Origin: Mizuhopecten yessoensis
Taxonomy: Eukaryota
Direction of reading: 5' to 3'
Assembly: GCF_002113885.1 (NCBI RefSeq)
Contig: NW_018403913.1
Coordinates: 574,490 to 638,489 of the forward strand
DNA: 64,000 bases
Part shown: positions 12,621-23,881 of the stretch, in pieces
Numbering within the stretch: position 1 is the first letter of the stretch
Layout of the letters: the number at the start of each line of letters is the position of its first letter
Notes under the pieces: model-generated
What the model was told of the DNA's origin: nothing
Databases searched by the model: none
What the model saw: only the letters and a program-made list of their open reading frames with translations
Position numbers and translations under genes: made by a program

Positions 12621-13595
12621 ACGCCAAATAGTTAAGTCATTCTGTTCAAATTGAAAAAAATGAAAATTCAAAGGTTATTTTCCCACCGGTGTTACAAGTG
12701 CACTTTTCCAGGAATATCTCACACACCTTTCTTCTGTAAAACATAAGCATGGTAATTATATATTGTCAATATCAGTTACCTTGAATTTTTTATGTATCTG
12801 TGCTAATTCTTATAAGAAACTACACATTTGACTCTACCTATTTCAACTAAAGACATTAATTAAGGTTGGAAATTAAATAAAGTGTTTTAATACAATGAAA
12901 ACGCTTAGCTAAAATCAAAATGACAAAAATAACAATTTTTTTTCAAAAGACATACTGGATAATATATATCACCACATACATTGATTAAAAGCACAATATA
13001 TACATATATATGTATATTCTATAAGTAATGTGGACAAAGGTCTTTATTTTAAACGGATGGCTTACGAGGAGTTACAATTGATAAATGACTTTTACATCTA
13101 GAATCCTGGTTACTAATATGTCGTTTGGTTGGTTGAGCCAACTGTCAGCGTCCCGGTAGTCTTAACCCTTAGGTCGCCGAGTTCCTCGGCTTTTTTCTGA
13201 TCACATTGAGGATTGTGGCGTTGTTCGATGGCTCATTGTTCTCGTTACCTCAGAATGCAGTGTCAAGCTTACAGATGCCCATGCTCCCTCTTTGTCAAAA
13301 CGATTCCGAACTAGAAGATCCCTTTCAGGCAACTGAAAGATGCCATTACCAGTTGAAGTGTGATGTCCATCATCTGCTTCCTGTGAAGTGTTGAACCATA
13401 GATCCCCAGCCGAAAGCTGGCGAACCTATTTTCGGCTATCGTTGATGTCGGTATCTGAACTGTATGCTGTGCAATCTTCCAGTTGGTTTCTTGGTCTCTT
13501 TTCCGATTACCCTTCCACAAAATCAACACACTTAATCCATCAAAACAGTGACTGCTGATATGTACAACAGATTTGTATTCACGCCAACATAAATT

Positions 13596-13897
13596 TATCC
13601 TCGATATCCAGGGGTTACGCTCACTTTCGCTCTCTACATCCCTGGAATATATCATAGCAAAATTGAAGGATCGGTGTGCGCCACCTTGTCCAATCTTCAA
13701 AGGACAGGTATCAGCCTAGCGATTGGTCAATTTTTATTTACCCGAGACCAATCAAACAGCTATCTTTTTGCCTTCAATTTTGATATGACATATTCCAGGG
13801 GTGTAGTGAGCGAAAGTGAGCGTAACTCCTGGATATCGAGGATGGTTCCAGGGGTGTAGTGAGCGAAAGTGAGCGTAACTCCTGGATATCGAGGATG
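13596..13897. mobile_element. Mutator-like MITE copy 1, internally deleted, right TIR duplicated
   Basis: TIR CATCCTCGATATCCAGGGGTTACGCTCACTTTCGCT..; degenerate 9-bp TSD ACATAAATT/GCATGAATT. Confidence 0.8.
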
Positions 13898-14349
13898 GCA
13901 TGAATTACACGTGTTTAGGGGCTATGTTGTATCTATTTTTATCTTAACTTTTTAAATCTTAATTCGCAGAATAATTCGTAGTTTAAACATTTCACATAAC
14001 TAATTACTACTTTTAACTGTGAGTTTAAAAAAATCCTATCAATTGATGCAATTTGAAGTGAAAACACTGTTTTGTATTATTCAGTAAACAATATGTTTTA
14101 ATTAGCATTAATTAGCAATCTTTTTCGTGTTCAATTAGAATTATAAATAAAATTTTAGAATTGGAACGCTATATACGCGCAACAAATATTGGCCTTTGTC
14201 CTATTGCAGTGCCGTGTTCCAGTGGAGTGTTCTCAGTTACCCCACTTTTTAGAGAACAAAGAAAAGTGTTGATATAGGAAGACAATGGCAAACCAATTAT
14301 AGTCTGTTTCATACTTACCCCACAGGTAACTTACCTGTGTGAAAATTAC

Positions 14350-15170
14350 CTCTTTGACACATATATGAGTAGTGTATTTTATTATGGTTGTGAAATATGG
14401 GGTAGTTATAAAGGAGTTAAAATAGAAAGGGTTCATATGGAATTTTGTGTGTTAAAAAATCTACGTGCAATGCTGCGGTATATTTTGAGCTTGGACGACC
14501 TCCGCTGGCAAATAATCAGATGCTTCGAATGTTTAAATATTGGTTTAAGTTGTTAAATTGTGAAAATTGTATTATAAAAGAAGCATATCAGTTTTTATTG
14601 AAAGAAACTTGGAGGGAAAACCCGAAACGAAATTGGTTATTATTCATAAAGCATAAATTATTTGAACTAGGGTTTGGATATATATGGTTAAGGCAGGCAG
14701 CTACTACCTATTATTAAACAGCGCATAGATGATCAGGCAAAACAAACTTTATTCAACTCGTTGGACATCTCAAGTAAATGTGACCTTTTTAGATATATGG
14801 TAGATACCTTGATGTTGCAATATTATTAAACAAAGTTTATACCAAAACAACGTCGAATTATCATTACCAAATTACGTATGTCAGCTCACAATCTTGCAAA
14901 AGAAACAGGAAGGTACAGGAATATTGCAAGGAATAATAGATATTGCAGTACCTGAGACCAAATAGAGATAGAAGAAGATGAGTTTCATTTTCTATTTATC
15001 TGCCCACGTCATCTAGATCTAAGGAGAACATATATTATAAACTATTACTGGCAAAAACCATCTGTATTCAAACTTATCGAATTAGTAAATACACACAATG
15101 TAAAAGAACTGAGTTTGTTCGGTAAATTTATTATTGAAGCTAACAAACGAAGGATTGTTCAACTTATAAT
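14350..15170 (+). mobile_element. 5'-truncated non-LTR retrotransposon (RTE-X-like ORF2 C-terminus)
   Basis: YGCEIWG..IERVH, VYFELGRPPL..KYWFKLL, KLRMSAHNLAKETGRY..EDEFHFLFICP motifs with frameshifts. Confidence 0.8.
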
Positions 15171-15231
15171 TCCATGCTTTGTTCGTACAATCTTTCATGT
15201 ATAAGATGGTAAATACTCAATGTTGTTGTAC

Positions 15232-15464
15232 TTGATGATGATGAAGATTTATAAGGCAATGATGATTATGATGATGATGATATAGATGTTTTCGATGATG
15301 TTGATATTTTGATGATGATGATGATGATGATGATATTGATGAAAGTGGTGTCAATAATGATTTCAATATTGTCGTTGATTTGTGATGAATGTACCAGTTT
15401 TATGAAGTTCATGTTAAAATGGTAAATATTTCATGTTGTTGTACTTTGACGATGATAATGATGC

Positions 15465-15517
<53 letters not shown>

Positions 15518-15582
15518 TAGTCGTCGATTTTGATTTTAAGAGATGGTTATTTCATGATGATGAGTTATAAGACGACGACGAC

Positions 15583-15664
<82 letters not shown>
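15232..15664. repeat. Compound (GAT)n microsatellite blocks
   Basis: Three GAT-rich blocks directly downstream of the LINE end. Confidence 0.95.
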
Positions 15665-15665
<1 letters not shown>

Positions 15666-17419
15666 GAATGTGCCAGTAGTATAAAATCATTTGTTGTTGT
15701 ACTTAAATGAAATTATTTGTTGTACTAAAAATGCAAATCCTATAAGTTGTAAAACTTACGGAAATAATTTGAATTGAATCGAATTGAATTGAATTGACTT
15801 GTAGCTTTTTTGTGTATGTGATTTTAGAAGTTTTGATAAATTTTGAGGGGTTGATGAAATAAGATAATAAATAAACATCTGATTGTCTGTTTATCAAATT
15901 TTAGGTTGTTAAGTTATGTGATATGTCATACAAGATGTACAATACAGATATAATAACTAAATAATAAGAGTTTACAGTCAAATATATCAATACTGATACA
16001 TTACATTTCATTTACATTACACGTTTTAAGCCACCAAATACAAGACAAGCTAAAATATGTACTTAAAGAGCTATGGCGGAAAACTACCCATGTTTCCCCA
16101 AGTCGGCATTTATGAAGATACGAGAAAAAATTTATGAGTAAATAATTTCTAGTAGCAAACATGCATGGAAAAGATATCAAACCAATTGAATATGAATGTT
16201 TGAACTGCTAAGATATTAGGTATTGTTAATACAATACTGTAAATATAGCAATATTCACCATATCTATGAATATAATTGGGTTTCCCAGACTTAAAAATAT
16301 ACTTTCGTCACTTTCCTATCCGAGGACCAACTTTTGAATAAAATTTTTAATTCCGTGATGTAATATGCAAAATAATTCGTATGATGGTAAAGTGCTCTAA
16401 ATAATGAAAAAACATGGTTTCTCAAAACTGTTTCTTGGGTTAAAACAGATTGTATTTCCATATAAGTGTAGCCGAATGTGTAACGTAGTTTACTTTTGAC
16501 CAGAAGAAGTGAACGGTGCAAGTTCGAATCCACGTTCAGATTAACTTTTTTTTTTAACATTTTGGCATGCGATCCCTTTCCTTAATTAAGTAATGAATTA
16601 TTTGTCAAATCAATGCAACATTTTATTGATATTTTAATAGCATACATATTGATTCATCTTCTATTGAATCATGTCATCAAATTCCTGCACACGTGGACAG
16701 TACAGCTACACTTTGTAGATAAGACATCATTTTAAATGATATTTATGAATTGTTTTACCCTCCAATTGGCACTTGTAATTTTATTTATTATTTAAACACG
16801 AACAAATGATACCGAAATACAAAGCATAGGCTGTGATCAGTTCTAGCTCACCGGGATGGAAATGAAAGCTTAAATAATTATAGATATTAAAGGAGTTTTA
16901 TGACAGTTTATGAATTTCTTTTTTTAAAGTTCAATTATCAACTGTTAAATACCACATTCTTAGTCACACATAACCATTCTTACTAGATATTTAGGCATCT
17001 TTTAAATGTTACAATAATAAAGAAAAGTTTCATTTTATAACTATTTATTTCATTATTTTAATAATATGTTTAAAGTACAAAATAAAATAAAACATTCATC
17101 TTACTATATGTCATATCAGCAGCTCAAGAACTACAGAATGGATATATTTAATATATATATTTATATATATAATTAATATTGAAATATTTTGAATTAACAT
17201 TTGCTATTAAAAATTTGAAAGTCTTATATGATGTATTATTAAATTATATATGATCAGCTTTCAGCTTAATTAGAACAAGTTCAAGTTCAAGCTCTTTATT
17301 TGCTGAAGTTTTACAACTTATGGCAATTACAGATAAGACAAAGACACTCACAAGAACACACTCACACTGACTCGGAAACATCATTCTCATCATCAAGAAC
17401 ACTCACACTAACTCGCACA

Positions 17420-17448
17420 CATCATCATCATCATCATCATCATCACAT

Positions 17449-17491
<43 letters not shown>

Positions 17492-17492
17492 A
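17420..17492. repeat. (CAT)n(CAG)n microsatellite
   Basis: Directly visible. Confidence 0.9.
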
Positions 17493-17959
17493 AGGCAATA
17501 ATTATTGTGATAGCAGTTATAGTCTGTTTCATATATATTTTACACGGTTTTTACCTGTGTTCTCCCACATTATCTGTATCATATATACAGTACTGTCATA
17601 TACTTGTAGCTTTGATATAGTCTATTTTCTTAATTTTTAGATTTGTTTTTCATATCATATACGATTTTCATCAGCTAGATCTATACAAAACAGTAACTTG
17701 AAATCCACAAATATTTTATATATTTTATATATTTAATAGTATATATATAGATAATAATGCTTTAATTAATGTAAAAAAAAAAATAGGGTGAAGCAAATTC
17801 TTATTGGAGCCTTATTTTCAGGGAATCGTCAGTGTAATTATTAATAACTTAGTATCACTCATTAGATTATTTTACCCTAAAACATAATCAACAGTTATGT
17901 TACTATTTGATAACCCCATATTGCTTGGGTCCACTGATATTTCTAGTTGATAATAATGA

Positions 17960-18088
17960 CCAAGAGCAAAATGCTACCGTAACATCGACAGCCGTCTTAA
18001 TTATAACCAACTAAAGGAACGCTTGGAGAATGGTATAACAGATGCAATCCAGTACGCCGACACAGCATCCCATCTTTTGCATTTATAA
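17960..18088 (+). mobile_element. Possible MULE-type transposase C-terminal remnant
   Basis: PRAKCYRNIDSRLNYNQLKERLENGITDAIQYADTASHLLHL* resembles the C-terminal helix of invertebrate MULE transposases (recognised from memory). Confidence 0.45.
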
Positions 18089-19818
18089 TGACATTGTGAT
18101 AAATGTGCTTGTTATGGAATTTTTTATTTGGTGCTTTGGTTGAATTTCTTAAAATTATGGACTTTTCATTATCTGTGCTTTTTATGGACTTTCCAATATT
18201 TCACGTTTAGTAAGCTAGTGCTATTATATTAGTTTTATATCATGTATCTTTGTGCGTGTGCATTTTATGAATATGATTGATTTGATCAACTAGTGATAAG
18301 TATTCCATGTGTACATCTAATTGATTTTGTTTTGTTTATTTTCATTCCCAGCTTTGCATCTGTTTTTGCATATTTAATAATGTAATACATGATCTCTGTC
18401 TTTACTGGTTATATTTGTCATAAATCTCTAGCTAAATTTAGTTCTATTTTATGAAATATATATATAACTTACATGTAAATGTATAGATAAATGTATAAAA
18501 TTGATTTTATATGTATTTTGATGTGTTTTTATAAAGTAATAACAGGAATCTTGTATATATTTATTCATAATTCCAGTGAATATTACGAAAATCAGGAAAT
18601 ATATTTGTTAAATATTCCCATAACTAACACAGTATTTCCTATTGCTGAACAGGTAAATAATCTACCTGTACTATACGAGAACAGACTATAATGACACCTC
18701 TATTGTATTCCAGTGTTTATATATAATTCATTTGATCCTTGGCTGTCATCTCAGTTGAAGGTGAGTCTTTGGAATGTCTATTTCTCCTTTTTTCATTTTG
18801 GCATTTTGATAATCAGACCCGTCCTGGAGTTGGGCCAGGCTATGAAAGATATCCCTCTTCTTTACCTGAATTTCTGGAAATTCTTGATAAGTTTCTCCAA
18901 AGTTCTCACCAAGTTCGGTAGGCGTAATGGCACTTGTCTTCCACATTGATGTCTACGTATACGTTGGGAATGCATTTCCTTAATAAATGGCAGTAGAATA
19001 TTCTATTTGCGTGGCCATTTTAAATGTTTATAGTCTGAAAAAATCTACCCGTAAATATTCACAGCACAAACCATTCAAAACTTATCAATGACAATGTGTA
19101 GAAATGTTAATTATGCCTTTTCTGGTAATTATGTACGCTTTTAACTCATAACAAAAGACACTACAACAATGGTGATGACATATCATAGCACAACGCCTTA
19201 TCTAGGTACAAAACATTTGAGCTAGGTTATTTACTCTACTTAGGTTATCAGGGTGTAAAATTAACGTTACACGTACATCTATGTATATATGTGTGGGGGG
19301 ATTGTACATATAAAGAGAGTACATTTGAAAAGGTTATAAGGTTCATATCGTTTCACCACGTAACATCTTTTGTCAGCTGTTCTATTGTAACAATAAATGC
19401 TTAATATGATGATTAGTCTGATCTACTAGATAGAAGAGTTAACCACAGGTAAACGCACAGGTAAATGCAGGTAAATACTGCCAATACTACTCAGAAACAG
19501 ACTATAATCCTTCAAACAACATGTTATTTCATAAAGTGGGGTAACTGAGAACAAGCCGTTTCAGCACAGTGGACACACTCCATCGATTCGTCGCGTACGC
19601 ATACAGTAGCCAGTAAGGGGTATGCAAAGGTAAAGATAAAAATATAACACTTGTCCGCATTTATTCTTAAACGTTTCACTTTCGATTTATGTTTTCTGGA
19701 AACAATGCGCGCATTTTTGGAAACATTGAGCTCAGTCTCTTAATCAAACGACTGAATCGATACTGTAGCTCAAAGGTGATCAGTCTTTATCCAGGGAAGT
19801 ACGGTGTGGATTAACATA

Positions 19819-19897
19819 ATGTGTTCTGTGATCAGTCTAAGTACGCTGCTGAATGCGATTGTTCTGTGTCTAACAATTGTTGCCCAATCAGATGCCG
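19819..19897 (+). CDS. SUEL/rhamnose-binding lectin gene, exon 1 (signal peptide)
   Basis: MCSVISLSTLLNAIVLCLTIVAQSDA; donor G|GTAATT, phase 1; upstream acceptor near 19794 implies a 5'UTR exon ending ~19629. Confidence 0.75.
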
Positions 19898-20220
19898 GTA
19901 ATTATTTTTTTAATAATATGCTTGTGTTATGCTGTCTTTAATTGTGAATTTTGTCATTATTTTTGGTGGGTTAGTTGGTGCAATATAATAAAGTAAGGGA
20001 AGTTGAAAACCATATGTCGGTGATAATGATTCGTGTCAGTCTGTTCCCCGCGGAAACACCATTTGACATTACTAAGTATCATGTGACATTACACATTACT
20101 AATGTCTTAGTTTGGATTGTCCAAGGGAAAGTACCATTTGACATTACTAATGGGTTTTGTTTTCAATCTGTCCTTTTTGAAACAATCATGACTTGCTTAA
20201 GTCTATTGTTCTCGTTTCAG

Positions 20221-20391
20221 CATGTCCTCCGGGAAAGCACCAGTTTACGAATTGTACAAACCCTTGTCTGGCTGGAGAGGATACGGTATTATGTGAGTCT
20301 GACCGCACCGCCAGTTGTCGGCCAGATTACTGCGGAGGCTGTATCGCAAGATTTCTCAACGGTGTTGGTCAAGAAGTGCATTGTGAGACGG
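20221..20391 (+). CDS. SUEL lectin gene, exon 2 (8-Cys module with YCGGC)
   Basis: tttcag| acceptor; CPPGKHQFTNCTNPCL..CESDRTASCRPDYCGGCIARFLNGVGQEVHCET; phase 1-1. Confidence 0.8.
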
Positions 20392-20547
20392 GTAAATACC
20401 ACAGAAACATGTATATGTGTGTTAAATAACAGAAATTTGTGTCAAAATGTTGCACTTTGTGTCAATATGCAAGTTGCTTGAGAAAAATATGCTTAAACGC
20501 CTCTGATAAAAGCTTTTGAGTTAACTAATTGGCAATAATATGTATAG

Positions 20548-21091
20548 TAAGGTTGTCAACGGTTAGCCGGTTACTCGCTCGGAAGACCAAGAATCAGTTA
20601 CCAAAATAAATAACCAAATAGTTGGAATTTACTTACCTCCATATTTCCCTTGCTTAGACCTACACATTATCTATAGTTTTGTTATAAAGTCAGTGTTCAG
20701 GGTTACATGTTTGTGTTATTTTGTCCTCTATTGTATATATTAACAAAGAGATGCCGCCAACACCATAAAAAACATGAACACGTTATAAACGGAGGCCAGA
20801 ATAAAAGGTTTGAAATATCAAATTTTAATGTGTTTGTCGATCAAATTTTGTACCAAAGCACGATATCCGCAGCTGATTTCGAGTACAGATACGCGACTAA
20901 ACTATTATGTTAATTAATTAATACGTGTAAGCTTGTGATGTAAATACGTTTTAAGTAGAACATCTGCTAAAAATATAATGTGTTTGCTACTGTTAATTGT
21001 TTGATAACTAAATTGACTGATTGACCGGTTACTAGATCGGAAGATTGTTCGAGTAACCGGTTACCAACATATGACCTATTTGACAACCCTA
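20548..21091. mobile_element. MITE/hAT-like non-autonomous element in lectin intron 2
   Basis: Termini TAAGGTTGTCAA / TTGACAACCCTA plus subterminal CCGGTTACTCG / CGAGTAACCGG; no clean TSD. Confidence 0.55.
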
Positions 21092-21799
21092 ATCTAGCCA
21101 TAAATGTTGTTTTCGGCCATAAGTTTACTTGATGCAAATACATCAATTACCATAAAACACACAGTCGTCGGTAGAAATAAGATTTCTTGTATTAAGAAGT
21201 TCAGTATATTGTGGTCAAAACAGTATCATTTCATCCCTCACACCATTTGTGTAATATGCAGTACAGTTGTTTGGTATTGTCACAGAGAATTGCTTTTTAA
21301 TGTTAGCGCAAAAAGTTCCGAGTTTTCATCTGATAGTAAAATGTACAATGAAGTCAGGTATTTGCTGGCAGCTGTCCATTATCAAATAGTAACTGTCCAT
21401 ATTGTTAATGAGTTTAATAATGAGCAACTACTGTCTTAGTAAAATCGTTAACACCAGCAAACTTTGAAAGGGAATCCAATACATGCTTACAAAAAATGCT
21501 TTAACAATATAGTTGTACAATCCATTGAAATAAAAACCGATAGTTATATTTTAATCCAGGAACAGACAATCACTGTAAAATGGAGGATGGAGGAACTTAA
21601 ACATTTAAGAACAAATAATCTAACAAAGCACATCTGACTCCAGAGTTATCAATGAGCATGTTAAGATATCATGACATAGATGATATATTAAATAGACAAA
21701 TCTACATCTGATTCACAAACAGCCACACAAAGACGAATCAATACATACAGGTACAGGTAGAATAACTCAAACGAACACTTCCTTATGATAAACGTAACA

Positions 21800-22310
21800 C
21801 ACACACAGGTAACTGCATATTTAAAATTTGGTAATAGATGTAAAAAAATTGGTAATAGATATTAAACATTTGGTAATAGATATTGAAAAATTGGTAATAG
21901 ATACAGTATGCAAAAGTGAATAAACACTGCATCATACCGATGTTTCGTCCTTCATTTCTTTGATGCTAGGGGGAAAATGTTGGAAAACAAAATTATAAAA
22001 CTACCATTGAAACAAAGAGGCAGGTGTTTAAAACCTCTTAACTGATTAATTTCAAAATGTAGAGGAGTACTGGTTAATTATTAAATAGTCTGTGGAGTGT
22101 GTATATTATGAACCGTGACACTACTCGAAATAGATAAATGTGGCCATCAAGTTACAGAAAGCCTCGGGTACTAACTAATTCACCAGCAGTCTCCCACCTT
22201 GTACCTTGAACAATGAATGTAATTAAGCTTTGGTAGGAGATACAGTATGGCAAAAATCAATTAGTACACTGCATCATGCAGATGTTATGATGTTCTAGGA
22301 CTCATGCATA
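21800..22310 (-). mobile_element. Penelope-like remnant with two decayed hammerhead motifs
   Basis: Shares TTTGGTAATAGATACAGTATG...TGTTTCGTCC...GATGCTAGGGG with 6860-6930. Confidence 0.5.
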
Positions 22311-22682
22311 ACTAACCGCGAATAAAGTGGTCATGGAATCTTCATAAATGTAGACGGGTCCTTGTTTGCATTTATAATTACGTGCGATTGAGGTTTTGGT
22401 TGCTTGACCATCCAAATAAGTATTTTGTCGATAGCTTTATTTTGCATTAAATTTAGGTGCGGGTTTAGTAAACTGTCACCGTTTGTTCTCTGTTACATAT
22501 ACTTCATGTTTTCAATATATTGATACTGTCCTCTTGACTTGTTCGTTATTACTTGTACCTACCAAATTGGACTGACTGATATATACCAAGTGTTAGCTTG
22601 TAACAGTATTTGGTTATTAAAACCATGCGCATTTCCCAATATAGCCACTCTAAATGTACTTGTCGTTGTTATAGGGTACGTT

Positions 22683-23085
22683 TATTTCCTTACAAAGCAC
22701 ACATTTACCGATAGGTTTTAGAGTATCACTGCTGTCTGTTGTTTTCCTCACAAAGCATTCTTTACCTGTGAGTTTTCTTACAAAGCGCACATTTACCGAT
22801 AGGTTTTAGAATATCACTGCTGTCTGTTGTTTTCCTCACAAAGCATCTTTACCTGTGAGTTTTCTTACAAAGCACACATTTACCGATAGGTTTTAGAGTA
22901 TCACTGCTGTCTGTTGTTTTCCTCACAAAGCATTCTTTACCTGTGAGCTTTCTTACAAATCACATCTTTACCGTTAGGCTTTTAGAGTATCACTCCTGTC
23001 TGTTGTTTTCCTCACAAAGCATGTCTTTACCTGTGAGCTTTCTTACAAAGCACACCTTTACCTTAAGACTAATTGTATCACTGTG
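22683..23085. repeat. ~88-bp tandem repeat (~4.5 copies) abutting lectin exon 3
   Basis: TTCTTACAAAGCACACATTTACCGATAGGTTTTAGAGTATCACTGCTGTC.. repeated. Confidence 0.9.
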
Positions 23086-23105
23086 TTTTTATGACGTTGT
23101 TACAG

Positions 23106-23411
23106 AATACGGTTTCATATGTGAACTAAAGAGTCACACAGTCGGTTGTCTAGACAAGCCGGGAACAGTCCTCCATGTTTCCTACGCTAACTACGGTCGG
23201 ACGTCCAAAAAAGTGTGTGTCCACCCTTTTGGTCTGGAGCGTCTCCACAACACAACCACATGTGGCTCCCCCCGAGCTCTGGGTGTACTTAGACGGCAGT
23301 GTGAAGGCCGGACACAGTGTACTCTCACAGCTGATAATGACCTGTTCGGAGAGGATCCTTGCTTCGGCATCTACAAGTACTTGGAGGTGGAGGTCGAATG
23401 CGTCCTTCCAA
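23106..23411 (+). CDS. SUEL lectin gene, exon 3 (SUEL/Gal_Lectin rhamnose-binding domain)
   Basis: CE..ANYGR..C..C..C..C...FGEDPCFGIYKYLEV..C signature; ttacag| acceptor, A|GTAGGT donor (or read-through to stop 23437). Confidence 0.92.
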
Positions 23412-23741
23412 GTAGGTTTGGTATTTCCATTACATAAACTATATCTTCTGGCAATGCAGAATGCGTTTCCTGGCAATAAGGAATGAAGACATAATATCTT
23501 AAGTAAATATCATAAAATTCAAATGTCAAGTGAAGATAGATTCATGTTCTGTTTCTCATAAAAATAGAAATATACATATCTATATGAGAGATGAGAACCA
23601 TTCTTTGGAAGCGTTTTTCGGTATTATAACGTCGCTAAGCTCTCCGGGGAATATTTAAGTGATCATAACTCAATTGATAATCATACATGTAGAACATGTT
23701 CAGGTCCCTTGACCTTGATTTGATACTTTGCTTTGTTACAG

Positions 23742-23881
23742 AGGGAACATCCAAGGCAGCACAATCATCAACGTCATATGGCTTTCTGATGATGACGTCA
23801 TTCCTTCTAGTCCTTGTCAGGATCAACTTGGACTATACAACAGACATATTACTGATGCTCGTGGATATGACTCTAGCTTGA
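23742..23881 (+). CDS. SUEL lectin gene, exon 4 (hydrophobic GPI/TM-like tail)
   Basis: ctttgttacag| acceptor in phase; KGTSKAAQSSTSYGFLMMTSFLLVLVRINLDYTTDILLMLVDMTLA*; total 231 aa. Confidence 0.6.

Noticed and set aside
10269-12635. Plus-strand (G[T/I]IVV)n 788-aa ORF
   Set aside because: Antisense by-product of the repeat; implausibly hydrophobic; no supporting gene context
17300-17620. Poly-His/poly-Ser ORF with hydrophobic tail
   Set aside because: Produced by microsatellites in AT-rich DNA; non-ATG start
18578-18921. Chain of apparent small exons with ~56-60-nt introns
   Set aside because: No recognisable product and no start; introns unusually short for this window
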